Shown: in pieces, positions 32,491 to 45,552 of the stretch
Numbering within the stretch: the first letter of the stretch is position 1
Layout: the number at the start of each line of letters is the position of its first letter
Assembly: GCF_009914755.1 (NCBI RefSeq)
Contig: NC_060938.1
DNA length: 64,000 bases
From: the human T2T-CHM13v2.0 reference genome, Homo sapiens
Strand: one strand, 5' to 3'
Made by a program: the position numbers and the translations under genes
The notes under the pieces: generated by a model
Databases searched by the model: none
What the model was told of the DNA's origin: nothing
Seen by the model: only the letters and a program-made list of their open reading frames with translations

Positions 32491-34169
32491 TTTTCTAATA
32501 ACCATTTTTATTCAAAATTAAGCTTCACAAATACCAATATTTTCATGTTCACTTTTCATTTTGTACTATTAAGAATCTATACTTGAAGCTACAAGCTACA
32601 AAGCCTTTTCAAATTTCCAAAGCCACCTCCCTAGAAGTATAGGGGAGGAAAAGTAAAAAATTATGCCAAGTATATGTATCTAGCAAAAAGGAAAGCAAGT
32701 ATTTCTCTACTATCTGCCTGTCTATAGGTTTCTGACAATGACCGGGGTAGTCACCTACACACTGAAATCAAGCGTCTACACAATGAGATTCCTTCGGCCC
32801 TCCCAACTGTTCAGTCCCTGGTATTTGTTACAGCCGTGCATTGCTGTGCCGCTCTGATTTAAACCGCACATTGCTTTTCCCTTTCATTTCTGGCCAGAGC
32901 CCAAAGCCACGCAGCAGGTGCTGTCTCAGGAATGTCACCATGTAATAAAAGTATTGTAACATAACACAGAGACAACGGAGTTCTCTTTGGAGGTACTTGG
33001 ATATTCCTGACAGATTGCATTCTTAATAAGACAGTGTCTCAAAGCTCGAGGCAGAAGAACAGTACATACGTATTTTTTGATTCCAAATAATGAAAAGTCT
33101 TCGTATTAGTTTTGCTTGAGCAATGAACCCCAGTGCTGGGTGAAGGGAGTTAAGAAAGCAACTTCCAGCAGCTGCATATCCTCCCTCAGTCTGCACAATG
33201 TTGAAGAAATAAGGTTCAGGCAAAGTTCTTCAAAAGGCAGTTTTTTGCACTCCTTTGGTGCTTCATAGAATGACACCTTAATTGCTTTCTTAACGGGGTT
33301 ATGCGGGACTGACATAAAGAAAAAACAGTTTCAGGGGAATGAGAGATTTCCGTGATTCAATTCAATTGAAAGGATTCTAGAGACTATGAGAGCAGAAAAG
33401 TTAAGTTATGCAAACTAAAGGAGTTAGAAACAGGACAATAACAACTTTAAGATTAGATGCCGCTGCTTTGGGATTTAAGGCTTTCAGTTTAAGGACTGAG
33501 CCTGGGTGTGTCAAGGTCATGATTCCCTGAAAAACAATAAAGTCCATGTTTTTATGATGTTTTTTGTTGGGCCTGTGATTTGAAAACAGAAAGTGAATGT
33601 TCCAAGACAAGATAACAAGTTGGACTATTTGTTTAGGAACAGATTTCATATTCTAGCAACGGTTATAGTGCACATACCAGATGCAGATAATACTACCCTC
33701 AAATTTGAAGAAATAAATTTTATTTTCAGTTAAAACATTGACCTGAACTGTTTTGACTTCTTTAGGTGTCCTTGGGAAAAGATCTTCTTTGAAACTGGGC
33801 CAAGGGCATAGCAAGTGATTCAATAATGCCCTCATAAGATGTATTTTACATGGATTCAGAAGCATCTCGGGTCAGCTCATGCCTCTCATAAGGCATTACA
33901 ATTTTATGCAATAAAAGATTTTAAAACATTCCCTGTGGGAACTGAGTAGGTAATATTCCTAATGGAGAATATCATCATTATCTCCCAAACTCATATGAGT
34001 TATATCCCAGAGACATTCTTTCTTCTTTCCATAGATGAAAAAGAACTCAAGCAAGAATTACAATGTGCTTTTGTAATAGCCAGCATCTTAAGTATCTGCC
34101 CTTCAGCTGTCTGTTATTTTATCATCCTCATATACAGCTAGATTTGATGAGAAGATGGAGCACCTGCTA

Positions 34170-34350
34170 TACCCCAAAACTTTATATTCAATAGCTCTTT
34201 GGTCCCCACAATCTGGTAAAATAATTGGCTATTTTTAGATGAGGAAATTTAAGATCAGTTAGTAACCAGCCCGAGGTCACACAACTGGCAGGCAGAGAAC
34301 CAGAATTTGAATCTATGTCTGTCTGACATGAAAGCTTATGTTCTTTGCAT
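34170..34350 (-). mobile_element. MIR SINE
   Basis: tttagatgaggaaatttaagatcag...cccgaggtcacacaactgg...agaatttgaatctatgtctgtctgac. Confidence 0.7.
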
Positions 34351-34986
34351 AATAAGACACTTCCTTTAGCAGAAAATATGTATGGTAAGTTTTCACCCTT
34401 AACATACTAATTGTCACACGATAGTATTCATCACTTAAACTCTTGCCCTACTTAGAGATTTTTTTTTTAAGTTGAACTAAATTAAGCTGCATGAAACTCA
34501 GTGTCAAATATATCTCAGAAGGTTTGGGGCTTGAATGGAAGCGAAAATGTTGCCAAGTTTAACAGCCCACTCTAAACCTTCTGGGCAGTAAGTTTAGAGC
34601 ACAGATTGAGTCTTTTAAGATTCAAGATTTCTTGTATTTGACAAGCTGTGATGTCCTGTATAGAAGTAGAAAGACGTGTAAATGAATTATTTGGATATCA
34701 AAGGGCTCATAAACTGGGTGATATCAGATAGTTTTTGTACCTATTACACGTATTCCATTAAGTATTTTAAATTGGGTGTATTCCATTCTCTGGGTCTGTA
34801 TAATGCTTCTTTTCCCCAATCAGATGTCTTTGGAAATTGTATGACTTCATTTACCCATGCATACTCTTTTTAAAAATCAATACATAAACAGAATAGGGAT
34901 AAAGAAATAAAGGGGTAGAAAGAGAACTGTAGCTTATAAAGGAATGGGATACATTTATGATGAATTGGTAGAGTGTTTTTTTAAAA

Positions 34987-34988
<2 letters not shown>

Positions 34989-35030
<42 letters not shown>
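34989..35030. repeat. (TG)21 microsatellite
   Basis: Directly visible. Confidence 0.95.
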
Positions 35031-35031
<1 letters not shown>

Positions 35032-37536
35032 ACTCAAGACATCTGGTAAACCCAAAACCCAGAACATCCTCTCTTTGTTCAGCATTTAAATTTGGACAGT
35101 AGCTTGATTTCAGCTACTTTTCTTAAAGTCTTTGGTTTGACAAGCTGGGCTTTGTGTCCTATGACAACAGCTTTTCTCAAGAAATTTCTGGTACTTTTTG
35201 ATTCTGGTTGGACTGGAAATACCACAAAAACAACTTTCCTTATGGTATTTTGGCACTTCGACCATCAGGACCAGATGGTACACAGAAGTGCAGAGGAAGC
35301 ATTGGATATGAATAATGATACATTTTTAAAAATCATCCAGTCTTCTCTAACTTTATTGCATTTCAGATGAAGGTTCATGCCAATTTACACTCTGATCTGA
35401 ACATGTTCATCCATTTCCAATGGAGGGAAACTGAATGGCAGGATGTAGGTTGGTTTGGATTTAGAACAATTCCTATTCTTGATTTTGCCTGATGAGAATT
35501 AATCCCCAGCATTTTTTTTTAGACAAAAAGGCAAAGCCTTAAAATGTGGTCTTCAGAAGAAAGTGTGGGAGAGCTTACAGATAAAGTACTAATTTTGACT
35601 ATCAAGTTTAAACAGAAGGAAGAATCATCACCTTAACCCCCAAGGCCAACAACAATGATGTAACTGCAGACAAACATTAAATATGATCACAAATGTGCCC
35701 AATAAATGCGCCCTGTGTTTGGTGTAATATATGCTAAATTCTCAAGATAGAACTCAGGTCTTAAAGGTGATGTGTTATTTTTCCCCAAGGGAAGTTGAAT
35801 TGTTGCACTGGATGTTGGTGTGAAGTTTTGCTTCTTTGTTTGTGTATATTCCTTATTATTTTGTCTCAGGAAATGGAATCTGGGGAAGTATGAAAAATTC
35901 ACCAGTCACCAATCCTCACTAAACCATTTATAAAACATAATTAATAGAGAAATATCTAAATTTAACCTTTTATCTTGTTGGTACCTCTGATGAAAATGCT
36001 AAAATGAAACAAAGTAGCTAGTGGTTAAGAAGCAAGGATTAAGATGTAATTAGATCAAAACAAAAATCAAATAGAAGAGGGAGACTGGATATTCTAAACG
36101 ACTTTTTCCTAAAACTTGTTCCTTAGAACTTTAGATTTGCTAGGGGACTTGCTGGGATAAACAAAATCAAGTAAGCTTTTGATTTCTTTTCACAATATGT
36201 TGAAACTCTTCTAGAGAATGACAAACTAGGTAGGTTTTCCAAATACTGTTTGTCCATAAAATCTTTTTTCCAAGGGAGCAACTTGCCAGAAATAATTAAC
36301 GAAGTTTCAAGGATCAAAAAGATAACAAAGTTTTAAAGGTAACCAACTTTTGAGCATTTTGAGGCTACTACTAGCCTATTTCCACACAGCTATATATTTA
36401 AAAGACAGCCATATTTGTAAAACCTTAGCAAAGAAGTATTAAAACAATTCTTTACTTATAAAATATACATGTTGCTTCCATTAGACTGCTTATAAAAAAA
36501 TCAAAATTCAAAATTAAATCTGAGAGAGTTACCTCATATTCTCTGACAGAAATCTGTGTGCAAGAGTACAGAATGGACATCAACAATTTACCTATCCTAT
36601 TTAACTATAATAAAAGTAAATAAGATAATTCAAAATGTCATTGCTATATTAGTTCACCATAAGTGATCTTTGGTAATTACCTTTGATAATTAATGTTGGA
36701 CTTTCCTCATGTTTTAATTACTTAACACCATTTCATATGAACAGAAAATACACATATTCCTCACTTTTTTGTTTTGTAATGTTCTGGCATGATAAAGAAA
36801 AAGTAAAAGCAATCTTAAGCAAAACCTAATAGAAAGCAAGATTTACTAGGTTTCTTTGAATTAATCTTTGTTGTGGCAAAAGAGAGCTTTAATTAACAGA
36901 GATGATCAAATGTAAATCAAATGTCTAAAGGGAAGAAAATCACTATGAAATTTTCCTTCTTTGCATCATAGAAAACTAACAGAGTAAGTATTCCTCATAG
37001 TCCAAAATACTCCAGGAAAACACATCTGACTACCAAGAAAAAAAAAAAAAGAAGAGACTATTTAGGGAATCTTAATCTCATATAAGGAGACTCTGGTTCC
37101 ATCTCCATTGATTTTCTGATGCATAATGTTTTAATATGGATGTCTGGAAATACTTTTAATTGCTTCAGACTAGTTCTGATACAATTATTTGACCGTTCTT
37201 GAACTCAAAACAAAGATTTAAAATTGAAGAGTTCTTCATTGGAGCTTTGTTAAATATAATTTTATTTCAAGCATAATTTCATTTAATAAAGCAATTGTTT
37301 TTATTAGCAAATTTCCAAAAGGATATATATTAAGCAAACCAAAAGGACTTTGTGTGAGTCTATCTGAGGAAGAAAAATGCATTATTTGACAAGGTAATGT
37401 ATTTGATGACGTTAATAACAATGTCAAGGTCCTGCTCCCTCCTGTGTCCAAATTTCCATGAGTAGACACGACAAAACTTTGCAGTTTCTTTCTGTTGAAA
37501 ATGGAACATACGATTAAATGCCTGAAATGTCTTAAA

Positions 37537-37749
37537 CAGGGTTCTTATCCTCCAAAGTATTGACATTTAGGGCCAGATAATTATTTGTTGTTGAGGGCTA
37601 TCCCGTGTTTAGCAGCATCCTTGACCTTTACTCACCAGACATCAATAGCACTCCTCCCATCCAGTCAACCAGTTGTGACAACACAAATGTCTCCAGACAT
37701 TGCCAGGTGTCCCATGGAGGGATAAGTTGTCCCTCCTTTGGAACTGCTG
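37537..37749 (+). mobile_element. MER20 hAT-Charlie element
   Basis: tattgacatttagggccagataatt...gtttagcagcatcc...aatgtctccagacattgcca is MER20 consensus-like. Confidence 0.85.
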
Positions 37750-39425
37750 GTCTAATACACTGCTTTCCTGGGCATGATTGATAGAGAATTTATTTATGGA
37801 GCTCTGTAGACAATTCCTATGTGCTTGCTGCTTTCTTGTAACTCATGTAAAATGGGATTCCTAGAACAGTTTTGCAAGGATATTGACTTCTGCTCAAACT
37901 AAGCTTCACCATTCTGTTGTGCTCAATACTTTGTTGTCTCCGTTTTATAAATTCATTATTAAACAACAAGGATTTCCCATAAGAACATTTTTACACACTG
38001 AATAAATCCCTAAGAAAATAGAAATCGTGTCATTTCTGAATCACAGTTTCTGTCTAATGGGCAACTTCTGTTTCCTCTAAGTCTTTGGACAGATTTATAT
38101 ATTTTTAACATATTAATTGAACATATTTTAACGTTATAAATAAAGCCAACCTTCAGTAGTCAACTTTGATCATATCCAGGTCAAAGATCATGTTTTTTCA
38201 TGAGACCTTTAAGATGCTCCATGTCAAGACCTTACTAACTTATAGCTTCACCTCTTTCAACACCTCGTCTTACAAATCACATGCTAAAAATGTGGAGATA
38301 GAGTTCACATCATACCCTACTCTGTCTTATAACTTGGTGCCTTTGATTTTATCATGCCTTGTTTAGAAATACGTTCTTTATTATTTTTCCATCAATTAAT
38401 TTTGGGGGGGAGTTTTCTTTGGTGATTTCCAATATGAAATTACATAGATCAATCCTTAGAAACTGATTTAGTGTTTTCAGGAAAAAATATTGACAGGGAA
38501 TTTTATAGTTGTATTTAAAAAAACAATGACAAATAGACATACTACACCACTGGCATCATCTGACATCAGCAATAATTTCTACAAGATATTTAGATCTGGT
38601 AGCTGAGAGATAATTTCTAATTCTTCTGTTTACTTAACCTAAATCTGGAATGTAATGACAAAATGCACATAAGTAACAGCTGTGATCATTTAAACGATTT
38701 GCTGCTTTTGTTTTGTCTGAATCATGATGTTTTGTATACAAAATGATTACCTTGTGGGAGTTGCGTGATCAACCCACTAAAGTTGGTTTTTTGAAACAGG
38801 GTAGGTGGAGTATGGAGGTTTCTGAGCTGCTTCTAAGAGGTGAACGGGGTCTGTGACTATTTTTCCATCTGTTCTTTTGTGATTTACACAAATTCCATGC
38901 AGAAAGAGGAGCTGCTACATCTGACAGAACTCCCCAAACTGCACTATAAACAGCAGGGAAGGCCACCTGCTACTCTCCAACTTATGTTACATCAAAGCAG
39001 CCTGGATCGCTCACCCTGATTGGCTAACAGCAGGTCTCCCATGAAAAATGCCTGCTTGATTCTAGAAAAAATAATTAGCAGGCCCCAAATCATCGGAGTA
39101 TTATCCAACAGGTTGTAAATTTTAAGGGTAAGGGCAAGACAACTATCTAGTTTTTGTTCATTTATGTCTTGAAGCTCCGTGTTTTTCTCAACTACTTCTG
39201 GTAATTTGTTTTATTAGAAGCTGCATTCACTCTCCCTTTCACATCCAGGGTAGGCTGGAGTGCCAGACGGTACATTGAAAATAAGGGGTGAAAAAGGGAT
39301 TTCAAGAAAATGACTGTTACAGGGATGCATTTCTCTTTTCTTTTTCTGTTTTCTTTTCCCTTGAGGGCACAGGCAAAATAATTGGGTTTTGTTTGTTTGT
39401 TTCCATTTTGTTTTACCATTCTTTT

Positions 39426-39810
39426 TTTTTTTAATACTTTAAGTTCTGGGATACATGTGCAGAATGTGCAGGTTTGTTACATAGGTATACACATGCCATA
39501 GTGGTTTGCTGCACCCATCAACCCATCATCTACATTAGGTATTTCTCCTAATGCTATCCCTCCCCTAGTCCCTCACCCCACAACAGGCCCAGTATGTGAT
39601 GTTCCCCTTCCTGTTGTCCATGTGTTCTCATTGTTCAACTCCCACTTATAAGTGAGAACATGCAGTGTTTCGTTTTCTGTTTTTGTGTTAGTTTGCTGAG
39701 AATGATGGTTTCTAGCATCATCCATGTCCCCACAAAGGACATGAACTGATCCTTTTTTATGGCTGCGTAGTATTCCATGGTGTATAGGTGCCACATTTTC
39801 TTTATCCAGT
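39426..39810 (-). mobile_element. Short 5'-truncated L1PA (about L1PA7-like)
   Basis: L1 3' UTR and ORF2 end; TSD ccattctttt at 39416-39425 and 39811-39820. Confidence 0.92.
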
Positions 39811-41333
39811 CCATTCTTTTATTTTATTTAGAAACAGTGATCTCACTTGTGAAGAAGTATCATTGAAAAACTTGGAAGTTGGAGTTATATGTGACTTCTG
39901 GACCTGATAGTTTTCAAAGAAGGAAACCCAATGTCCCATAGCTACTGTCTGCACAATTCCACCTGTCAGGTCCCTATCCACTCAGCAGGTAGCTCAGTCA
40001 CCAACTGCAGAAGTAACTTAAGAGTAGCTCAACAAGTCTGAGTTCTTTCACTTTCTGCTTTGACAAGTTGATCAATTACAGCAATAACTACAGACATTTG
40101 AGGTGACTTGTTTACTGCCATAATGTGGAACCAATCTGGAATAATTTTAAGACAATACAAGCTATGTTAATGCATGCATGACTCATGTCTTCCAAATTAC
40201 AAGTTTGCAAAACTCTTTTGAGACTAAGATGACATATGCCAAATGTAATTTAATATTTATACTCACCTTTATTGTTGTTGTTAGTCTGTTTTCAGAGTTT
40301 ATAGACAAATTTCCTGCAATGAAGTTTAAGGAGTAGATTTATTTTTAAGTTCCGGGTTAGGTCCACTAAGTGATGAAGAGTAGAAGTCCTTCTGTATCTT
40401 GACTGCCTGACATATAGCTTGGGGAATATATAGGAAATATTTATCGAATGACTAAGTTGATGCATAAATGAACGTATCTAAATGGTAAGCTCTATACGGG
40501 CATGCTTTGGTATTATAATAGCCCTTCTCTGGTATTCAATTTAAATCTTTTTATAACTGCCTGTCTACTGAGGGTTGGAATTCTAACAGAGACATGTCAG
40601 GGTGCAGATGTTTCTGCCAAGTTCAAATCATCCAGACCCCTAGAAGGAAATACAGCTTTATCTATGTCAGAGAGGTTCCTGTGAATTCCTAAGCTGCTTT
40701 AAAACTGGCAGTACCTGCCTGGGGCTATATATCAGCCTGTAGACACTTTGGCAGAATTGTGCGGACAGTTGAAGAGGCAGGAATGTTGGAGGTACACTGG
40801 AAGCACAGTGTGGGAGAAACTTGCATAGCACCTGCCCTGCTGCCCAGCAAACCTGTGATCCTTGCAGAGATGTATTCATGAGCAGCTGAGAAGTCAAATG
40901 AGCCTGCATTTAAAGAAGAGAAAGCAGCAGCAATAGCAACAAAAAAGACTCAAACCCAATACAAGAAATTAAGAAAACTTTATTTTAAAAGAACAATTAA
41001 GCTCACTAAATGGACAGCTCATTATTGGACTTGGAAGCGGACCATCTGACAGCCTCTGGGACGGTTGTGCAATAGCCTGAGATACTCATAGCTAGTAATT
41101 GAAAAAGAGAAGGTCACAGGAGGGTTTTACAAGTCTTGAAAGAAGTCTTCACTTTGCATTTTTGGAGAGCTTACAAAGGCGGCCCCAGGGGAGGAAAGGT
41201 GGAGTGGCACATTCCTGGAAATGGTTTCACCTGCAGCCATGGCAAGGGTCAAAACTGAAAGAGATGGGCTAGTAAAGGAGTCTGGGCATTTGACACACAT
41301 TAGGGCACTGGGTTTCAGAGAGGAAAAGAAATT

Positions 41334-41637
41334 GGCTGGGCGCGATGGCTCATGTCTGTAATTCCAGCACTTTGGGAGGCTGAGGTGGGTGGATCACGAG
41401 GTCAGGAGTTTGAGACCAGCCCGACCATCATGGTGAAACCCCGTCTCTACTAAAAATACAAAAATTAGCTGGGTGTGGCGATGCGTGCCTGTAATCACAA
41501 CTACTCAGGAGGCTGAGGCAGGAGAATTGCTTGAAACCCAGGAGACAGATGTTGCAGTGAGCCGAGATTGTGCCACGGCACTGCAGCCTGGGCGACAAGA
41601 GGGAGACTCCATCTCAAAAAAAAAAAAAAAAAAAAAA
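41334..41637 (+). mobile_element. AluS
   Basis: Full Alu with A22 tail; no TSD directly after the tail (see findings). Confidence 0.93.
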
Positions 41638-42439
41638 GAGTGCAGCTCTCTAATTGGGCTCTTTTACTTACTATTCGTATATTCGTATAATAAGAGCCAC
41701 ATTCCTAGACTGTATAATGAGATTAATCACAGTAAGTACCTTGTAAAGTTACGTGAGAACCAAATAAGTGGACATTTATTAAAAAAAAAAAAAAAGAAAA
41801 AAAAACAGAGAGATAAAGAAATAAAGCGTGCCAAGTTCACTGATTCTTGCCCTGTAAATAAAGTCAAAGCCCTGTATTATTTCTTGGTGTCAAAACTCCT
41901 TAAATATATTCATTTGTTCCTTATAATTCATTTTAAACAATACAAGAAATTAAGAAATCAATTGAGATTTTCCAAAATGTTTTATTTTTTTAAATTAAAA
42001 GATGTCTAGGCTGATCACATTCTCCTAGCCTGCTTAACAGATTCCGTCTTTCTGTACAAATCAGATACTTGAATTTTTAACCTCATACTAAGTTATGGAT
42101 TTAAGCTCATGCGTTTCTCTTCAGCAAGAATGTGTCCAGTTCCTGAACTAATCTCATCTTTGGCAGTGGTCCCCTACACCCCATGGCGACGCTCTGGTAT
42201 TTGGAATGTCTGTTTACATGATGGCCTCCTGCACCTGGGACAGCACAGGGGGAGCTTGCAAAGAAACAATGAGCAGGGGAAGAACAGGAACTGAACCAGG
42301 CCACAGAGTAATCATCCCCAGCAGCAGCAGTGCTTATCTGCAAACACTCCCAAGACCGCTGTCACCTGAAAATGCCCTCTGTCCTCTTTGAAGAAGGAAA
42401 TGCTGTCACAACCTATTAGTCACAGAAATGTTCCCTGGG

Positions 42440-42816
42440 AATTAGTATGCTTAATAGATCTACTGATTAATTAATAGAAAAAAATGGAAATACCCTTTGA
42501 TCCTCTGACATTACTTCCCAGGAAATTATCCTACTGATATGCTCATGCACGTGCTCAAAAATATATGTTGGGCTGTTAACTGCAGCATTATTTGTAGTAG
42601 CAAATGACTAGGAAAGCTGAAATGACCATCAGTAGGAGACTGGTTAATTAAATTATAACACGTCCATAGAGTGAAGAATGATGAGGTCATTAAGTAGACA
42701 GACAAGGGCTCCACAGCTGCTGGTAACAGATGATCTCTAACATTGTTAGTTTCAAAGGAAAAAGATGTGCAAATAAGGCACGAGTCAAGAGAGAGACAGA
42801 AAGGTAGGTAGGTACG

Positions 42817-42868
<52 letters not shown>

Positions 42869-43010
42869 CAGATAGATATGTATATGGAAATTTTCTGGAA
42901 GGATCCAACATAAGTAAACTGTTTTGGCCTCTAAGAAAAGCATGAGGTGGGAATTACATTCTATACCATTTTGTAGTTTGCATTGTTTGTCATGTGCATA
43001 TATTGACAGA
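42440..43010 (+). mobile_element. Ancient L1ME-type fragment containing a TAGA repeat
   Basis: aaataccctttgatcc...actgcagcattatttgtagtagcaaa...aaatgaccatcagtaggagactggttaattaaatta. Confidence 0.6.
42817..42878. repeat. (TAGA)n tetranucleotide STR, about 13 perfect units
   Basis: Directly visible. Confidence 0.95.
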
Positions 43011-44395
43011 GACAGTAAAAATTTAATACTAAGATTGGCCTCCTGATCAGGTAGAATAGCAGAGACTGCTTTTGCAGATCAGTAGCATGGGGCAATGGGT
43101 AGATGATGGTCATGAATGCCATAGTTCTGGTTTCTTCAATGTACTCTCCAGTGCATGATTCTTGGCAATTTACTAAGACTTTCCAGGCTTGTTTCCTCAT
43201 CTACAACAAGCATAGGGTTAAAAAATACCTATTTCCTTTGGACCCTGAAGATAAATTAAATGGCTAATTATTGAAAGTGAATCTTCTCACACTATTTTAC
43301 TCTCACCTAACTTTTTCCAGGGGAGTCTTCAAGACTTAATTAAATTCTTTAAGGTTGAGCTTCCTCATTTCTGAAACCAGGATTTTAATTGAATCCAGCT
43401 CACGGGGTTTTTGCGGTGACTATACAAAATAATGCACAGAGAGCAATCCATAGTTTTTGGCACAAATCAAATTGCTAAGTAAATATTAATGACCATTATC
43501 ATTGTCAGAGGACCTACTATTATGGATCAGAAGTTAGGCAAACCATACATCTATAGGGATTGCTATAGAAGGTTTATCTCAGCTAATCAGATAGCTGGAG
43601 AACTACTTACAATAGAGTCTCTTTCTTCTACTTTGCCTCATCAAGAGATGCTTCCTGAAACCATAGTGTCTTATGACTCTTTGGCAAATTTATTTCCCCC
43701 TGCTTTTCTGGGTACCAAATCAGGTCAAGGAAATTTCCTCCTAACCGCCCCCCACCCCCATTAATTCATTTGCATTGTCCCAAAGAAGGGATGATAGATT
43801 TTCTACCTTGATGTGTCTTAGTTTGGATTGCTCCAATAGTAAACACCAAGTAATGAACTGGTGTGAGTCAGAGAAGGGAGAAGTGCCAATAAATTCTTCC
43901 TTTATGAATGAGTTATGAATGAGTTATCACTGTGGGCAGCTGGGGCTGAATCCCATTGGGCATGCTCTGAGAAATAATATAGGACATGCCTCAGAATAAT
44001 TTTATCAGAGGCTGTGGAGGCTGGGTAATTTCTCTACCAAATTCTATCCTCCATTAGTGGAGTTGTCCTCCACTAATCCTACAAGTCACCTGCTTCAAGG
44101 GAAGTCTCAAAACAAGGGGAGGTTTCTCAAGAAGAAGGAGCTGATTCTACCAGCCCAGAGGATTGGAGGAAATTTAGGATTCAAGATTCTCAGCATCAAC
44201 CACTCAAATACCCTATCCTGGGGCTCAGAGATTCACTCTTTTCATAATTCCTGACTTTGGCAAAGGAGATCTGTTCAGAATGGGCATTTGTTCTTTTGCA
44301 ACTCTGCCACTCTTATAATTAGAACCTGGTCTTGATTTTTAGCATAATATGCTCAGTAATTGCAGGGAATAAAAAATGTTCTACAAAGCATGGGG

Positions 44396-44752
44396 GATAA
44401 CGTGATTTGGCTGTTTCCCCACCCAAATCTCGCCTTGAATTGTAATAATCCCCACATGTCAAGGGCAGGGCCAGGTGGAGATAATTGAATCATGGGGGCA
44501 GTTTCCCCCATACTGTTCTCATGGTAGTGAATAAGTCTTACAAGATCTGATGGCTTTATAAATGGGAGTTCTCCTGCACAAGCTCTCTTGTCTGCCACTG
44601 TGTAAGTTGTGCCTTTGATTCTCCTTTGCCTGCTTCCATGATTGTGAGGCCTCCCCAGTCATGTGGAACTGTGATTCCATTAAACCTCTTTCTTTTATAA
44701 GTTACTTAGTCTCCGGTATGTCTTTATTAGCATCATGAGAACAGGCAATACA
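44396..44752 (+). mobile_element. THE1 (C/D-like) solo LTR
   Basis: tttggctgtttccccacccaaatctc...attaaacctctttc...aataca; clearly homologous to copies at 58820 and 63202. Confidence 0.9.
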
Positions 44753-45213
44753 GGGGAATATTGGCTTTCAAAGCATATCATGACTTGACAACTGACCGTT
44801 CCGAACCTGATGCTTTTACCAAGACTTTCAGTGTAGTTAATAATGATTAACTTGCTCCACAATTCTTATAATTATTAATATCCCATATATTCCAAGTACT
44901 ACTGCTGCTGCATAGTCCAATGTCTTACCTTCCTCCTGCAGTATACCCCAACTAACCATGAATAAATGCCTGGGAAATTGTGATGCTAATTGCATGCTAG
45001 GGGTCATAGAAATCCCATTTATGCCAGCAGTGAGATCATTATTGCCATGAGTAATCCCATCCCAACATCTGATCCTGAAGGTTTATTTCCAGGTTCACTT
45101 CCGCGTGTCAACTTCTGTAGTCTGTGTTCACAAAAAGTGAACCCTGAAGCAAGGGCTTCATTCTGGAATAAAAGCCAAGGGAATAGGGGGGATGGGAAAG
45201 ACTGCAAAGGAGG

Positions 45214-45552
45214 TGTCAGTCCATTCAAGTTGCTGTAACAAAAGTAGCATAATTGGGTGGATTAAACAACAAACATTTATTTCCCACAGTTCTGGAAGCT
45301 GGGAAGTCCATGATCAAGACATTGGCAGATTCAGTGTCTAATGAGGACCCACTTCCTCGTTCACAGAGGGCCATCTTGTCACATGACAGAGAGGGCGTGA
45401 GAGCTCTCTCTGGCCTCTTTTATAATGGCATCAATCTTATTCACAAGGGCTTTACCCTCATGACCTAATCACTTCCCAAAGGTCCATGTCCAGTACTATT
45501 ACATAGGGGGTTATATGCATTTTGGGGAGACATAAACTTTCAGTCCACAATA
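45214..45552 (-). mobile_element. MLT1A-type MaLR LTR
   Basis: catttatttcccacagttctggaagctgggaagtccatgatcaag...ccctcatgacctaatcacttccc. Confidence 0.8.

Noticed and set aside
35092-35370. 92-aa ORF in unique sequence
   Set aside because: TTG start, no recognisable homology; length expected by chance
38990-39045. CCAAT-box-like ctgattggct as a promoter
   Set aside because: Isolated short motif, no CpG island or other support
41473-42009. 178-aa ORF
   Set aside because: Alu right arm plus two poly(A) tracts (poly-K) and AT-rich sequence; non-ATG start; no recognisable domain
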